A DNA stretch of 63,661 bases, the filler included, from Chiloscyllium plagiosum (lineage: Eukaryota): the NCBI RefSeq assembly GCF_004010195.1. It is 3 parts of one record of this genome, joined end to end, with 100 filler letters (N's around TTAATTAATTAA, not from the genome) between each part and the next. Parts side by side here need not be neighbours in the genome. Positions count along the whole stretch, not along the records: positions 29,411 to 51,132 come from NC_057714.1; positions 51,233 to 63,661 come from NC_057714.1; 1 more part is not named here. One strand, given 5' to 3'. Both the position numbers and the translations under genes were made by a program. Of this stretch, positions 48,216 to 60,394 are shown one piece after another (the first letter of the stretch is position 1; each line of letters opens with the position of its first letter). The notes beneath the pieces are model-generated. The model saw only the letters and a program-made list of their open reading frames with translations, ran no database searches and had not been told where the DNA came from.

Positions 48216-49340
48216 TCTGTCTCTGAACCTATGAGGTTAAACTCATTACTGACAGCGAGAATGCCAACAGTAACAGTCTTGGCACAACATAAGCAAAAAT
48301 GGATAAAAACGAGCTTAAAATAATTTCAGGGGAAATTAGTTTAAAGTGGATAGCTACTATGCAGAGCTACACACAAATTGCTTTACATAATCAAATGGTA
48401 AAGTTGAAGTAACAACATAGTCCGGAGAAAGTATCCTTTCTTAATGTTTGTTGCAGCTTTTAAAGCTTATTTTAAATGTTATTACTTTCCTCTTTTAGAA
48501 TTTCATTATTACATTCTCTATTTCCCAAGAGACAGACAGGCAGGTTGTGCTCAAGCCTATGCTAATGGCAGAGTAATCAATACAAACAAAGGGTATTTGG
48601 TTGCTACAATTCAAGCTCCTCGTGAAACCAGCATCATTTCGAATCTTAACTGTTTTATATTTGTCTATTTTTCGTTACATTATCATTCTTTGGGGTTCCC
48701 ATCTCTTATTTGGCTGCCCTCTGACTGGACATTGATCTATACCATATATCCTGAGATTCAAAAAAAAGCTCTTCAATGTGTTTCCAATATCTATCCAGCA
48801 GATGGAGATATTCATATATTACTGTATGTCATCTTTTACATTGTACAAAAGCTATCAGAAGTTTCTAGAAGTGTCTTTCCCTAAGTCAGCAATAAAACAC
48901 AAATGTCATTTGTGATTTCTCTGCATTTTGTTATGCTTCATATAATCAAGAAGATGAGAGCTGAAAGAAAATATTATGCCCTGATTGGGATACACAAACT
49001 TAGTTTCTAGCGGAACCTTTTCCAAATTCTCTGTTCCCATATTATTCACCAGAAAAGGTTACATTGTAGGAAAGGTGATTTCCATGATGTGAAGCAGTGG
49101 TGTGTAGGTGGGGTGGGAGTTTACTCAATTGAATATTTTTAATAGAATGTGTTAGTTTTCACAGGGTGGTGAAGAAGGTACACAGAATTCGTGCCTTCTT
49201 TAGCCAAGGTGTAGAATATAGGAGCAAGGAAGTCTTGTTACAACTTTACAAAACATTGTTTAGGCCCCAGATGGAATGTGTGCAGTATGGGTGACCACAT
49301 CATCAGAAGGGTGTGATTGCACAGTAGAGGTGGCAGAGGA

Positions 49341-50099
49341 GATTGAATTGAATTTATTGTCACGTGTACCGAGGCAGAGTGAAAAGCTTTATCTCGCAAG
49401 CAATACAGGCAGATCACAGAATTAAGTAGCATAGATAAGTAAATAATAGGTAAACTGCAGCAAAAACAAAAACACAAGTTCAGGCAAATGTTAAGAGTTT
49501 CTAAGTCTATTCAGTATTCTAACAACAGTAGGGTAGAAACGGTTTCAAAACTGGCTGGTGCGTGTGTTCAAGCTTCTGTACCTTCTCCCCGAAGGTAGAG
49601 GTTGTAGAAAAATATTGCCAAGGTGGGATGGATCTTTGAGAATGCAGGCGGCCTTTCCTTGACAGCGGACCTGGTAGATGGATTCTATAGATGGGAGGTT
49701 GGTCTTTGTGATTGTCCAGGCCGAGTTCACCACTCTCTGTAATAGTCTCCGATCTTGAATGGTACAGTTGCCATACCAGGTTATGATACATCCAGACAGA
49801 ATGCTCTCGATGGCATACCTATGAAAGTTGGCAAGAGTATTCGCTGTCATGCTAAATTTCCTCAGCTGCCTGAGGAAGAAGAGACATTGTTGGCCCTTTG
49901 TAACCAGTACGTCCACATGAAGAGTCCAAGAAAGCTTGTTATGGATGACAACTCCCAGGAGCTTGACATTCTCCACTAGTTCCACCTCTGTGCTATTACT
50001 GTGTAGGGTGGCATGAGTAACATCCTGCTGAAAGTCAATGAGTTCCTTGGTTTTGCCAGCATTGAGAGCTAGGTTGTTCTCAGTGCACCGTTTTTCCAA
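49341..50099 (-). mobile_element. Rex1/Babar non-LTR 3' fragment
   Basis: NNLALNAGKTKELIDF, LFFLRQLRKF, IESILSGCIITWYGNC, KDPSH, LPSGRRYRS; tail gtacacgtgacaataaattcaattca. Confidence 0.92.
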
Positions 50100-50462
50100 G
50101 TCTTTTGAGTGCGAGCAGCAGCAGAGTGTAAAGGAACCCGGAAGGCTACAGCTAAGGTGAGACAGTTTGTTTTAAAATTACTTACCGGTAGCGGGTAGCG
50201 GTGGGATTTTTTTTCTCTTCACAGCAAGAGCGGGAGCAGCAGGGGGAAGTGATGAAGACCAGAGGGCAGCCGGGTAGGTTTTTTCCCTATAAAAGCGGGC
50301 AGGAGAAGAACCCGAGGCACTACAGAGGTAGTGCCTCCCGCCCTCCCTCCTCCTCTAACCGAATAATAAGACCCGTTGTGATAAGGAGGTAAGTGCTGCA
50401 TTTTGCTTGTTCTATTCTTTAGACCCAGTTTTCTTTTTAAAAAAAAGGTTACTTTTAGAGGG

Positions 50463-51132
50463 ATGGCAGTGAAGGCAGTGCAATGTTCCTCTTGCAACAT
50501 GTTTGAGGTGAGGGATGCCATGGACGTCCCTGATTACACTTGCAGGAAGTGCACCCATCTCCACCTCCAAGACCGTGTTAGGGAACTGGAGCTGGAGTTG
50601 GATGAACTTAGGATCATTCGGAAGGCAGAGGGGGGGATAGATCGGAGCTTTAGGGAAGTAGTAACTCCAAAGATTGCAGACAGATGGGTGACAGTGAGGG
50701 GGACTGGGAGGAAGCAGCCAGTGCAGGGACCCCCTGCGGCCGTTCCCCACAAGAACAAGTATACCGTTTTGGATACTTGTGGGAGGGATGACTTACCAGG
50801 GGTAAGTAACGGGGCGCAGGTCTCTGGCACGGAGCCTGTCCCCATTACTCAGAAGGGAAGGGTTAAGAAGAGCAGAGCAGTAGTAATTGGGGACTCGATA
50901 GTTAGGGGCACAGATAGGCGGTTTTGTGGGAACGAGAGAGACTCACGATTGGTATGTTGCCTCCCAGGTGCAAGGGTACGTGAAGTCTCTGATCGTGTTT
51001 TCCGGGTCCTGGAGGGGAAGGGGGAGCAGCCCGAAGTCGTGGTCCACATTGGCACCAACGACATAGGTAGGAGGAGTGCCGAGGATGTTAGACAGGCTTT
51101 CAGGGAGCTAGGTTGGAAGCTCAAAGTTAGAA
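50463..51132 (+). CDS. CR1 ORF1 protein (zinc knuckle, coiled coil, SGNH esterase), open but truncated by gap
   Basis: MAVKAVQCSSC...YTCRKC...RVRELELELDELR; IGDSIVRG; CCLPGARV; VVVHIGTNDIG. Confidence 0.85.
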
Positions 51133-51507
51133 NNNNNNNNNNNNNNNNNNNNNNNNNNNNNNNNNNNNNNNNNNNNTTAATTAATTAANNNNNNNNNNNN
51201 NNNNNNNNNNNNNNNNNNNNNNNNNNNNNNNNCCTCACTTTAGGAAAGGTGTGGAAGCTTTGGAGAGGGTGCAGAGAAGATTTACCAGGTGTTGCCTGGA
51301 ATGGAGAATAGGTCGTACGAGGATAGGTTGAGAGTGCTAGGCCTTTTCTCATTGGAACGGTGAAGGATGAGGGATGACTTGATAGAGGTTTATAAGATGA
51401 TCAGAGGAATAGATAGAGTAGACAGTCAGAAACTTTTTCCCCAAGTACAACAGAGTGTTACAAGGGGACATAAATTTAAGGTGAAGGGTGGAAGGTATAG
51501 GGGGGAT

Positions 51508-51749
51508 TCTGGATCAATGGTGCTGGAAGAGCACAGCAGTTCAGGCAGCATCCGAGGAGCTTCAGCAAAATCGACGTTTCGGGCAAAAGCCCTTCATCAG
51601 GAATAAAGCAGTTTTATTCCTGATGAAGGGCTTTTGCCCGAAACGTCGATTTTGCTGAAGCTCCTCGGATGCTGCCTGAACTGCTGTGCTCTTCCAGCAC
51701 CATTGATCCAGAATCTGGTTTCCAGCATCTGCAGTCATTGTTTTTACCC
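51508..51749. mobile_element. Perfect fold-back PLE-derived insert (family B) with 14-bp TSD
   Basis: ggtataggggggat at 51494-51507 and 51750-51763; 103-bp perfect inverted repeat 51505-51607 / 51613-51715. Confidence 0.93.
51617..51650 (+). ncRNA. Minimal type I hammerhead ribozyme (family B); mirror copy on minus strand at 51570-51603
   Basis: ttc-CTGATGA-a-GGGC-tttt-GCCC-GAAAC-GTC-gat; predicted cleavage after C51647. Confidence 0.75.
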
Positions 51750-51979
51750 GGTATAGGGGGGATGTCAGGGGTAGGTTCTTTACCCAGAGAGTGGTGGGGG
51801 CATGGAATGCGCTGCCTGTGGGAGTGGCCGAGTCAGAATCATTGGCGACCTTTAAGCGGCAATTGGATAGGTACATGGATGGGTGCTTAAGCTAGGACAA
51901 ATGTTCGGCACAACATCATGGGCCGAAGGGCCTGTTCTGTGCTGTATTGTTCTATGTTCTATGTTCTATTTAAAACATT

Positions 51980-52325
51980 GGTGACATGGTGGCTCAGTGA
52001 TTCACACTGTGCTCGGAGGGCAAGAGACTTATGTTTGATTCCACCCTCAGGTCACTGTTTGTGTGGAGTTTGCATTTTCTTCCTGTGTCTACAGATGCTC
52101 CAGTTTCCTCCCAACATCTAAAGATGTGCAGGTTAGGTGGATGGGCTGTGCTAAATTGCCCGTAGTGTCCAGGGATGTGCAAGTTAGGTGGTTAAGCCAT
52201 GGGAAATGCAGGAATACAGGGTTAAGGTAGGGGAGTAGGACCGGGTGAGATGCTTTTCAGAGGTTTAGTGTGCACTCGATGGGCTGAATGGCCTGTTCCC
52301 ACACACTGTAAGGGGATACTATGAT
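51980..52325 (+). mobile_element. HE1-type V-SINE (diverged)
   Basis: tggtggctcagtg head; gtggagtttgca; ccagtttcctccca; gatgtgcaggttagg. Confidence 0.85.
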
Positions 52326-52867
52326 TTAAAGTCTTGGGGGTGTTCTTCAACTATTTATGCAGACAGGTAGAACTTTTCTTCACAACTCAACAGCAAGCCA
52401 ACACTTCCATCTGTGTAGCACTCCAATAGTGCACTACCAAAGTTTTAACCAAACCCATGCAACCATGCCATAGGTGGAACCGCACCTTGTGTGCCAGAGG
52501 CAAGAGAGCAATTGTTGAGTCAAATGCATACTTCAGATGTGTAATTGAAAGAACCAGTACATGCAAAGTAAAATCTTTATCTTACAGTTATTTTCAGTAA
52601 TGAGTCTCGTTACATTTTGAAGCTATATTAGTATTTGCATTGCAAGAAATTAGAAAAATTAGTAAAATCATTGGATGCATCCAAGACCATGTAACAATCT
52701 CATGAATTGATGATAGACAAAGAATGTGTAAAAAAGTAATGTAATAAACAGGAAGTTGATGCTAATGAAATTTGTACAGCACACACAATGGAAAATTTCT
52801 GTAAGCATCCTACTCTAGAATATTCAGAAACATTAGTCAGGATGATTTTTAAAAGTTCTTTCATGGA

Positions 52868-53180
52868 ATTAGATTAGATTACTTACAGTATGGAAACAAG
52901 CCCTTCGGCCCAACAAGTCCACACCGCCCCGCCGAAGCGCAACCCACCCATACCCCTACATTTACCCCTTATCTGACACTACGGGCAATTTAGCATGGCC
53001 AATTCACCTGACCTGCACATCTTTGGACTGTGGGAGGAAACCGGAGCACCCGGAGGAAACCCACGCAGACACGGGGAGAACGTGCAAACTCCACACAGTC
53101 AGTCACCTGAGGCGGGAATTGAACCCGGGTCTCTGGCGCTGTGAGGCAGCAGTGCTAACCACTGTGCCACCGTGCCGCCC
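52868..53180 (-). mobile_element. HE1-type V-SINE, young and complete
   Basis: Minus strand gggcggcacggTGGCACAGTGGttagcac...ggGTTCAATTCcc (A/B boxes), V-domain, gtaagtaatctaatctaat tail; CpGs retained. Confidence 0.95.
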
Positions 53181-53354
53181 ACGTAGGCAACACTGTACAG
53201 ACTGATATTTATTGTCCATCTGTATTAGCCCTTATGGAACTGCTGCACTCCAAGTGATGTATGTATATGTACAGTGCTGTTCCGACAGGAGCTCCAAGTG
53301 TTGAAGAAAAAAAATACAAAAAAAATCTTTCTACCAAGGACATGGACTACAATA

Positions 53355-53569
53355 TAGGTAGTTCTTCTAGATAGATACTTGCATTCCTGGCACCCTGCGA
53401 AATACAAAAATCATGCAATACAAACAACACATAAAGTGTTGGTGATTTAATCGTGTTATAGCCAACACATATTTTAAAAATTTACACTTTAGAAACAGTG
53501 CTTCCATTCACCCAATCGTGTTACAGTCAATTTGCGTTAACAAAAGATGCATTATAGCAGAACTGCCTG
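53355..53569. mobile_element. Tigger/pogo-type MITE (diverged)
   Basis: TA|taggtagttcttcta ... tagcagaactgcctg|TA, imperfect TIRs with TA flanks. Confidence 0.65.
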
Positions 53570-54629
53570 TAATGTGAAGTAAAGGTTCAATGAAAAATAG
53601 CAACAATAGTCGAAGTTCCTCTGTCTTGCCTCCGGCACATAAACTGAGGTCCAGCCAGTGTTGGCACCTGGGTTGGGTTAGCAGGATGTAAGACCAGTCG
53701 CTGAATTCATTTCAGTACAAAGACAACTCAGTCAAACCAGAAGCCAAAAAATTCAACTTTACTGTTTGTGGTTATATTGAGTCAGTGATGGAAATCTTGC
53801 CTGATGCAGAACACCATGGATACAAGTTCTAACTCACCTAACCTTCCTTTGTACTTGCTGCACACTGTTCTCTCAAATCTAACCCTTACATCTTTATTGA
53901 AATTGCTGACTTTTAGAAGACATTTTGTTTTGGTAATGCTAGAAGTGATGTACAGTCATGTGCAGAGATCCAATCTCTGGAAACAAAAGGAATATATTCA
54001 AGTCTCAGAAGTTTTGGGATGCTTATAGATAACCTCCCCTTGCTTTCCACATGGCAACCAGCACCCTTTTTTTCTCCTGCAATGTAAATTGTTGTGGTTG
54101 TGTCAAATCTGCATTCTTGCATTTGTCCTGATAAGACTTGGCATTTTGTGGCTGCAGTTACCCCAATCACAGCTGATCACACAGATATTGATGGAAAGTA
54201 GCAATTCATGTACAAATCTGAGCTGTTATTTCCAATGAAGTGTCACCTCTGCCACCTTGGTGCCCTCAGGCGTTGTTTGTTTTTGTTTCCCTCACGTCGT
54301 ATCAGTGTACTGTGAAGAACTAATAGAGGTTGGCAGCAATCGATCGGTGCATATCTTAGCTTTAAATATGGCAATGATTAGAGAAGTACTGGAAGATTCT
54401 GGCAATACAGGGTCCTTCAGCTACTGTTGAATGCAAAGTAACTTGAGTGCAGCACCATAGAAATGTGCTGCATACAGAATGAGATGAGCACTGGAGAATT
54501 CTGTGATATAATTCAATCGAGTTCATTGTGAGAAACTCTCCACGCCATTCCATGCAATTGAAAGTTGACTGATGTTTGGTAAGATTCAGCCAGATATCAC
54601 TGTTCTTTCACATTTGTGGAGTCATTATT

Positions 54630-55251
54630 GTGGATATGGTGTGTTAGCTTTTATTGGTAGAGGGATTGAGTTTCAGAACCATGAGTTCATGCTGCAGCTT
54701 TGCAAAACTCTTGTGTAGCCACATTTGGAGTAATGCATACAGTCCTGGTCACTGCATTATAGGAAGGATATGGAAGCTTTGGAAAGGGTTCAGAGGAGAT
54801 TTACTAGGATGTTGCCAGGTATGGAGGGATGGTCTTACAAGGAAAGGCTGAAAGACTTGAGGCTATTTTCATTAGAGAGAAGGAGGTCAAGAGGTGACTT
54901 AATTGAGACATATATGGTAATCAGAGGGTCAGATAGGGTGGACAGTGAGAGCCATTTTCCTTGGATGGTGATGGCTAGCACGAGGGAGCATAGCTTTAAA
55001 TTGAGGGGTGATAGATATAGGACAGATGTCAGAGGTAGTTTCTTTAGTCAGAGAGTAGTAGGGGTGTGGAACGCACTTTCTGCAACAGTAGTAGACTCGC
55101 CAACTTTAAGGGCATTTAAGTGGTCATTAGATAGGCATATGGACAAGAATGGAATAGTGTAGGTTGGATGGTCTTCAGATTGGTTCCACAGGTCGGTGCA
55201 ACATCGAGGGCCAAGGGGCCTGTACTGCGCTGTAATGTTCTATGTTCTATG
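54630..55251 (+). mobile_element. CR1 LINE 3' fragment
   Basis: MEALERVQRRFTRMLPGMEG...WNALSATVV; tgttctatgttctatg tail. Confidence 0.93.
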
Positions 55252-56134
55252 TCCTATCAGAATTCCTAATAGCACCTACCCCACAAGGACTGCAGTGATT
55301 CAAGCCAGCAGTTCACCGCCACCTTCTCCAGGGCCAATAACAATGGGCAATAAACAATGGCCTTGACAGTGATGGTCACATCTTAAAAATAATTTTTTAA
55401 AGAAAATGTGCATGGCTCAATTTAAGGCAAAATGACATACTTTTGCATCTAATTCTTGTAGATTGTTTTCACACTTGTAACTCATGTTTCTCTTGCTAAT
55501 CAAAAATCAACCAATATAATCAATGATCAAGCCTTTACAGCTTTCTGGGGAAGTGAATTCTGAGGTATTATAAGAGGCAAATAAAATTGCTCTTCATCTT
55601 CATCTTAAGAAGGGAGTCCCCTAACTTTTAAGCTCCTCATTCTCAACTCGAGAACTTATCGAATACAAATGTAAGCTCAAGAGGCCATATGGTCTACTCC
55701 TTGTTTATTTATTTGTATGTTAGTTTGTTGCCACCACTATCTTCTTCAAGTGCAGGAAACCACAAGGTTTACTTGGTTTATTGTGGTACAGAACTTTGCT
55801 CACAAGTCTCTTATTGGTCACATTATCAAATATTGCCTGAAAGCCCATGTATACCAACTACATCATTGTCATATCAATGACATTATCTTCATCGACTTTG
55901 TTTGTGTCATTTTACCAGAAAATGCAAGCAAATGAATGGAAAATGATTTGCCCTTCAAGAACCATGTTACCTTTCCTTAATTAATCTGCATTCGCCTAAT
56001 GACTCTTAAAATTGTCCTGAACTATCATTCTTAGAAGCTTCCATGTCACTGAACTAGTCAAGCTTTTGAGCTGATTTCACATCCCCTTTTTCTGAACAAG
56101 GGTATAACATTTACAATTCTTTAGTTCTCTGGAC

Positions 56135-56365
56135 TGGGGCAACCTTTTCACACAGAAGGTGGTGCATGTATTGAATGAGCTACCAGAGGAAGTGGTGGAG
56201 GCTGGTACAATTACAAGGCATCTGGATGTGTGTATGAAGAAGAAGGGTTTAGATGCATATGGGCCAAGTGCTGGCAAATTGGACTAATTAATCTAGGGTT
56301 TCTAGTTGGCATAGACGAGTTGGACTGAAAGGTCTGTTTCCATGCTGTACATCTCTTTGACTCTC
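56135..56365 (+). mobile_element. CR1 extreme 3' end
   Basis: ggggcaaccttttcacacagaaggtggtg...gctgtacatctctttgactct, homologous to 18640-18880. Confidence 0.85.
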
Positions 56366-57779
56366 TGCCTCTGTCACCATTGTAGTTATTTGAGGAGGTT
56401 TTGAAGATTATGACCAGTACCTTTACAAATTCATCTCTTTGTCTCCTTGGGTGCATCTTATCCAGTCGTGGTGACAATCGGCTTCAGGTATTGTCAGTCG
56501 ATCAAACATCATCTCTTAAAAAGATTTTTAGCCATCAAGCATGTCAACCATCTTCCTTTTCCCTTTAACTTGGCAGCATCAGTTTACTTAATAAAGACAA
56601 ATGTGAAGTTAGTGTTCATTTACTATCTAATTTAGCAATGCATAACCTCTTTCCTCAAACTGGGAGCTTTGGATTAGTTTCCCCTATCCAGCCTCCTCAG
56701 CGAAAGCACTACTTCATGAGTGCTGTGTTGTTTCTCCTCCCGGAGCTCGTGAATAAGGATGGAGATACTGTGGAAACAGGAAGACAGCAAGAGAAGCTTG
56801 TTGTGAGGGATGATGTTGTTTTGGGAAGCGAGACCCACGGCTACACCATTTACAGCATGTCCCTCATGGCCAAAAGCAACTTGACAGTATATAAGAAGTT
56901 GAGATGTTAAGGAGGAAGATGCCACAATCCTTATAGTTCTTAGCAACCTGGGTACAGTGAACCCAATGACAGTGAGCTCTAGGCTTCAAGGTTCATGTGC
57001 TCCCACAGATCAGGAGATAGGATTTTTTTTGTCCTCTGTCCGTTCTCTTGTAAGAAAAAGGAAAAAGAAATGTCAGTGATGGTAAAATGATGTGCTTGAA
57101 AGATGTTCCTCTCACAGGTGCATAACTGTATTTGTACCAAAGGAATGAGAGGTAGATATTAGCTGACAGTATTGGTCGATGTGTGAAGGTGAGGCAGAGT
57201 ATCTGAATGTTAGGTGTGAGTCTTGAGTGCCAGGGAATGCTGCTGGAGAATTGTGAGGAGATGGTTTATTCATCAGCATGAGAGGTTGGCAGGAGGTGGG
57301 AAGGAAGCATTGCAATTCTTATGACACTATCACTAGGTTTTAAACTTCTTTCAATGACTTGCCTGGCCATTGGCTCCCATTTCAAATGGAAGATAATTCT
57401 TGAAACGGACCTTTTCAGAAATAAGGCTTCTTCCTTTCCATTAACCCTAATGCTGGTATTACACACTTGAATCTAGGAGTCTTCTATCTATCCAAGTGTC
57501 AGTACTTTTGAATTGCAGCAATTTCATTCAGCAGTGGCCCAAATTCAATTTGAATTCCCTTGAAGAGGGACAGACTGCCTTTAAGAGGAGCAGACAGATT
57601 CTCTGCAAATATGTTCGGTCTACTCACGAGCACAAAGACTGCCAGTGGTGGACACTGTTTGGATCAATGCTATCATCAGGTCAATGGGGAGAAATAAAAC
57701 AACATATTTCCATGTGGCTTGCCTCAATGGCAATGAAGATGGGCTTATTGTGAATTGGGATCCTGGGCCCAAAGGTTGT

Positions 57780-58950
57780 CCCAGGCTCATTTCTAGTTCA
57801 TTGTTTTGCTAAACAGATCAATCATGTCCAATCAGCGGACAAGCAAATTACATTCTAACAGTTCCCTCATTATATGTGTTAATCTGCTTCCCTGGTAACA
57901 TATAATTAAGTATAAGTATATCAAAATCTAAATATTTATGAGTATGTATAATCATGGAAGTTGTCTTCTTTGGCCTTTCACACCAGCATCAGTATTGTCG
58001 GTGATATTGGACATCTTTTGCATCGCTATTAAAGAGCATTGTTAACAATCCAGATAAACATGGTTTCCAATGATGTATCTAATTACCCGCTTTTTGTTTT
58101 GAAGGCATCTCCCTTCACAGACAAAGCTATTATTTTCCTCTCCAGTCAATATGCCAAGGGGCTAGGAGGAGACCGTTGTCTGATCTGGAAATTTAACAAC
58201 AAATGTAATGCTTTAAAGGACAATTTTCAATCACAGGCTGATTTTAGTTTGCATCTCGATCCGCATGAAGGGGATTAGCAATGTCAAAATTGTGTGAAAT
58301 CGTGTCAGATAGGCCGGGCACACTGCCCAAAGATTGGCTTCAATGAATCCAGTCAAAATTCATATTCGCATCACATTAAATAGTGAGGTTTTTCCTAACA
58401 ACACCTGTGGACGAATTCATGGCACTCTGCAAAGAATTTATATGGAACACAGGCAGAAACAGGGCAATGAAAATGATTGGATCACCAAAGTTTGAGTAAA
58501 GATGATCCTAATTAATTAACCTTGATTCTTCTAAATGGTGTTTGCTTTGTACATTTCTGTATGAGGCATATGATTGAATTGCATAAAATCACTAACTATT
58601 GCATCTCTGCCATTCTAGAAATAAGATTTCATGTTTAATTAAATACTCTGTGAAAGGCCTCCAGTACCAGCGAGAAGGAAACAATTGGATGAGAATATAA
58701 AATTAACTTAGTGCATCATTAAACATTTTAAATGTAAATTGACAGCAATGCCTCCCCAGAGAATGCAATTTAATGTGATGTCCTGTTAGCATGCAACAGA
58801 AGGCTGAAACAAATTATTTGGAGCCATTTGAACAGTAAAATGAATTAAACAGTACAGAAAATGCTACTGTACTGTGAAATTAGAAACATTTACTGCTGAA
58901 TTATTAGAATCAATATTTAAAATAATTTTTATTTTCTGGGATAATGATGC
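57780..58950. promoter_or_regulatory. Candidate conserved non-coding element / enhancer block
   Basis: Repeat-free; dense TAAT/ATTA and ACAAT/ATTGT motifs; locally retained CpGs (10 in 57961-58440 vs about 1 in 58441-59400). Conservation is inferred, not shown. Confidence 0.35.
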
Positions 58951-59399
58951 CAATTGACTTAAGTATTTGCACTGTTTTGGAAGCCATGATGACACAAAAA
59001 ATACTTTTACTTGCAGATCAAAATTTCCAATTCTAAATACTTACACATTTTAAATCCAGGCATTTTAAGTTTCAATATGCTTTTCTATTTTGCTCTCTCC
59101 CTTGTCTTGGCAGATACTCACTGTCAGCACAGCACTCATTTATATTATGTAAGCTGAGGGAACCTTCCTCAACTGTCAATTAATCAATTCTGCTTCTTTG
59201 AAACAAATATTTGCATGACTCCACTGTCTAGTTCCCTACCAATGAACATCAGACAGTTTTGAGTTTACTTCCTTCTGATGTTCAGATAAATCTTCTCATT
59301 AGCCAAAGGATAATTTAATTACAGTGGGTGTTTAGAGACAAGAATAAAATTAAAGCAAATCATTAGATTGACCAGCTCACAAACTGACAATTTGGATCC

Positions 59400-60370
59400 T
59401 GCCAGGGCCACTTGGCTCCTGACCTCATTGCAGTCTTGACTTAAATATGAACAAAAGAATAGAACTCAAGAGGCCACTTCAGAGTGACTAAACTTGACAT
59501 CAAGGCAGCAGTTGACAAGGTGCGCCATCAAAGACCTAGAGTTATTGAGAATCAGGAAAACTCCCTATTGGCTGGAGTCACACCCAGAAAGCTGGTTGTG
59601 GGTTGTTGGAGGCCAATCGTCTGAGTTCTGGAACTATGATGCAGGAGTTCCTCAGGGGAGAGTTTGAGGGCAAACCATCTTCAGCTGTATCATCAATGAT
59701 TGTCCTTCCACTAGGTCAGAATTTGAGGGTGTTCACCAATGTTTGCACGAGGATCAACATGACTTGTAGCTCCTCACATATTGAAGCCGACCATGTCCAC
59801 ATGCAGCAAGGCCTCGACAACATTCGGACTTTGGCTGATAAGTAACAAGTGACATTTTCACCACACAAGTGCCAAGCATTGAGTATCTCCAGCAAAAGAG
59901 AATCTACCCATCTACTGTTGACAATCAATAGCTTTACCGTTACTGAATCACACACCATCAACACAAGAAACTGAACTAATCCAACCATATAATTAATGTG
60001 GCAGGTTGGAGACTAGGAATCCTACATCAAGTAACTTACCTCCTTTCTCCCAAAGCCTATCCATCATCCACATGTGACATGTCAGGAATCTGATGAGCAT
60101 GGGAAAACTCCCCACTTACCTGGGTGCGTGCAGCTGCATCAAGTTCTCCTCTAAGCCGCTCACTATCCTGACTTTGAACTATATTGCTGTTCCTTTATTA
60201 TCATTGGGTTAAATTCCTGGAATTTGCTCCCTAATAGTATTGTAGATGTACCTCCACCACACGGTCTGCAGCGGTTCAAGAAGTCTGCTCATCACCACCT
60301 ACTCCAGGACAATTCCAAAAGGACAAGAAATGTTCACTGAGCCAGTGATTAGCACACCCTGTGAAAGAAT
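59400..60370 (+). mobile_element. LINE RT/3' relic (second family)
   Basis: cttgacatcaaggcagcagttgacaagg (LDIKAAVDK), ggagttcctcagggg (GVPQG), gcagcggttcaagaag...catcaccacct end. Confidence 0.8.
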
Positions 60371-60394
60371 TTAAAATCAACATTTGGTTGGTGC

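Larger units (their letters stand above)
50105..51968 (+). mobile_element. CR1 LINE 5' end and 3' end joined across a scaffold gap
   Basis: 5'UTR + ORF1 to 51132, gap, ORF2 C-terminus 51233-51890, (tgttcta)n tail. Confidence 0.85.

Noticed and set aside
48444..48884. 146-aa ORF in unique DNA
   Set aside because: Hydrophobic/aromatic composition typical of AT-rich non-coding frames; no domain or splice support
50403..51188. 261-aa esterase-like ORF as a host lipase/esterase gene
   Set aside because: It is the standard CR1 ORF1, with paralogous decayed copies at 17704-18081 and 22440-23375
53100..53180. tRNA gene
   Set aside because: The tRNA-like A/B boxes are the head of an HE1-type SINE and continue into the V-domain; not a cloverleaf tRNA gene
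56638..57370. Overlapping 90-aa ORFs / possible Harbinger Myb-SANT relic (similar impression at 12430-13160 and 31950-32270)
   Set aside because: Only a vague resemblance, with no diagnostic motif or TIR that I can verify
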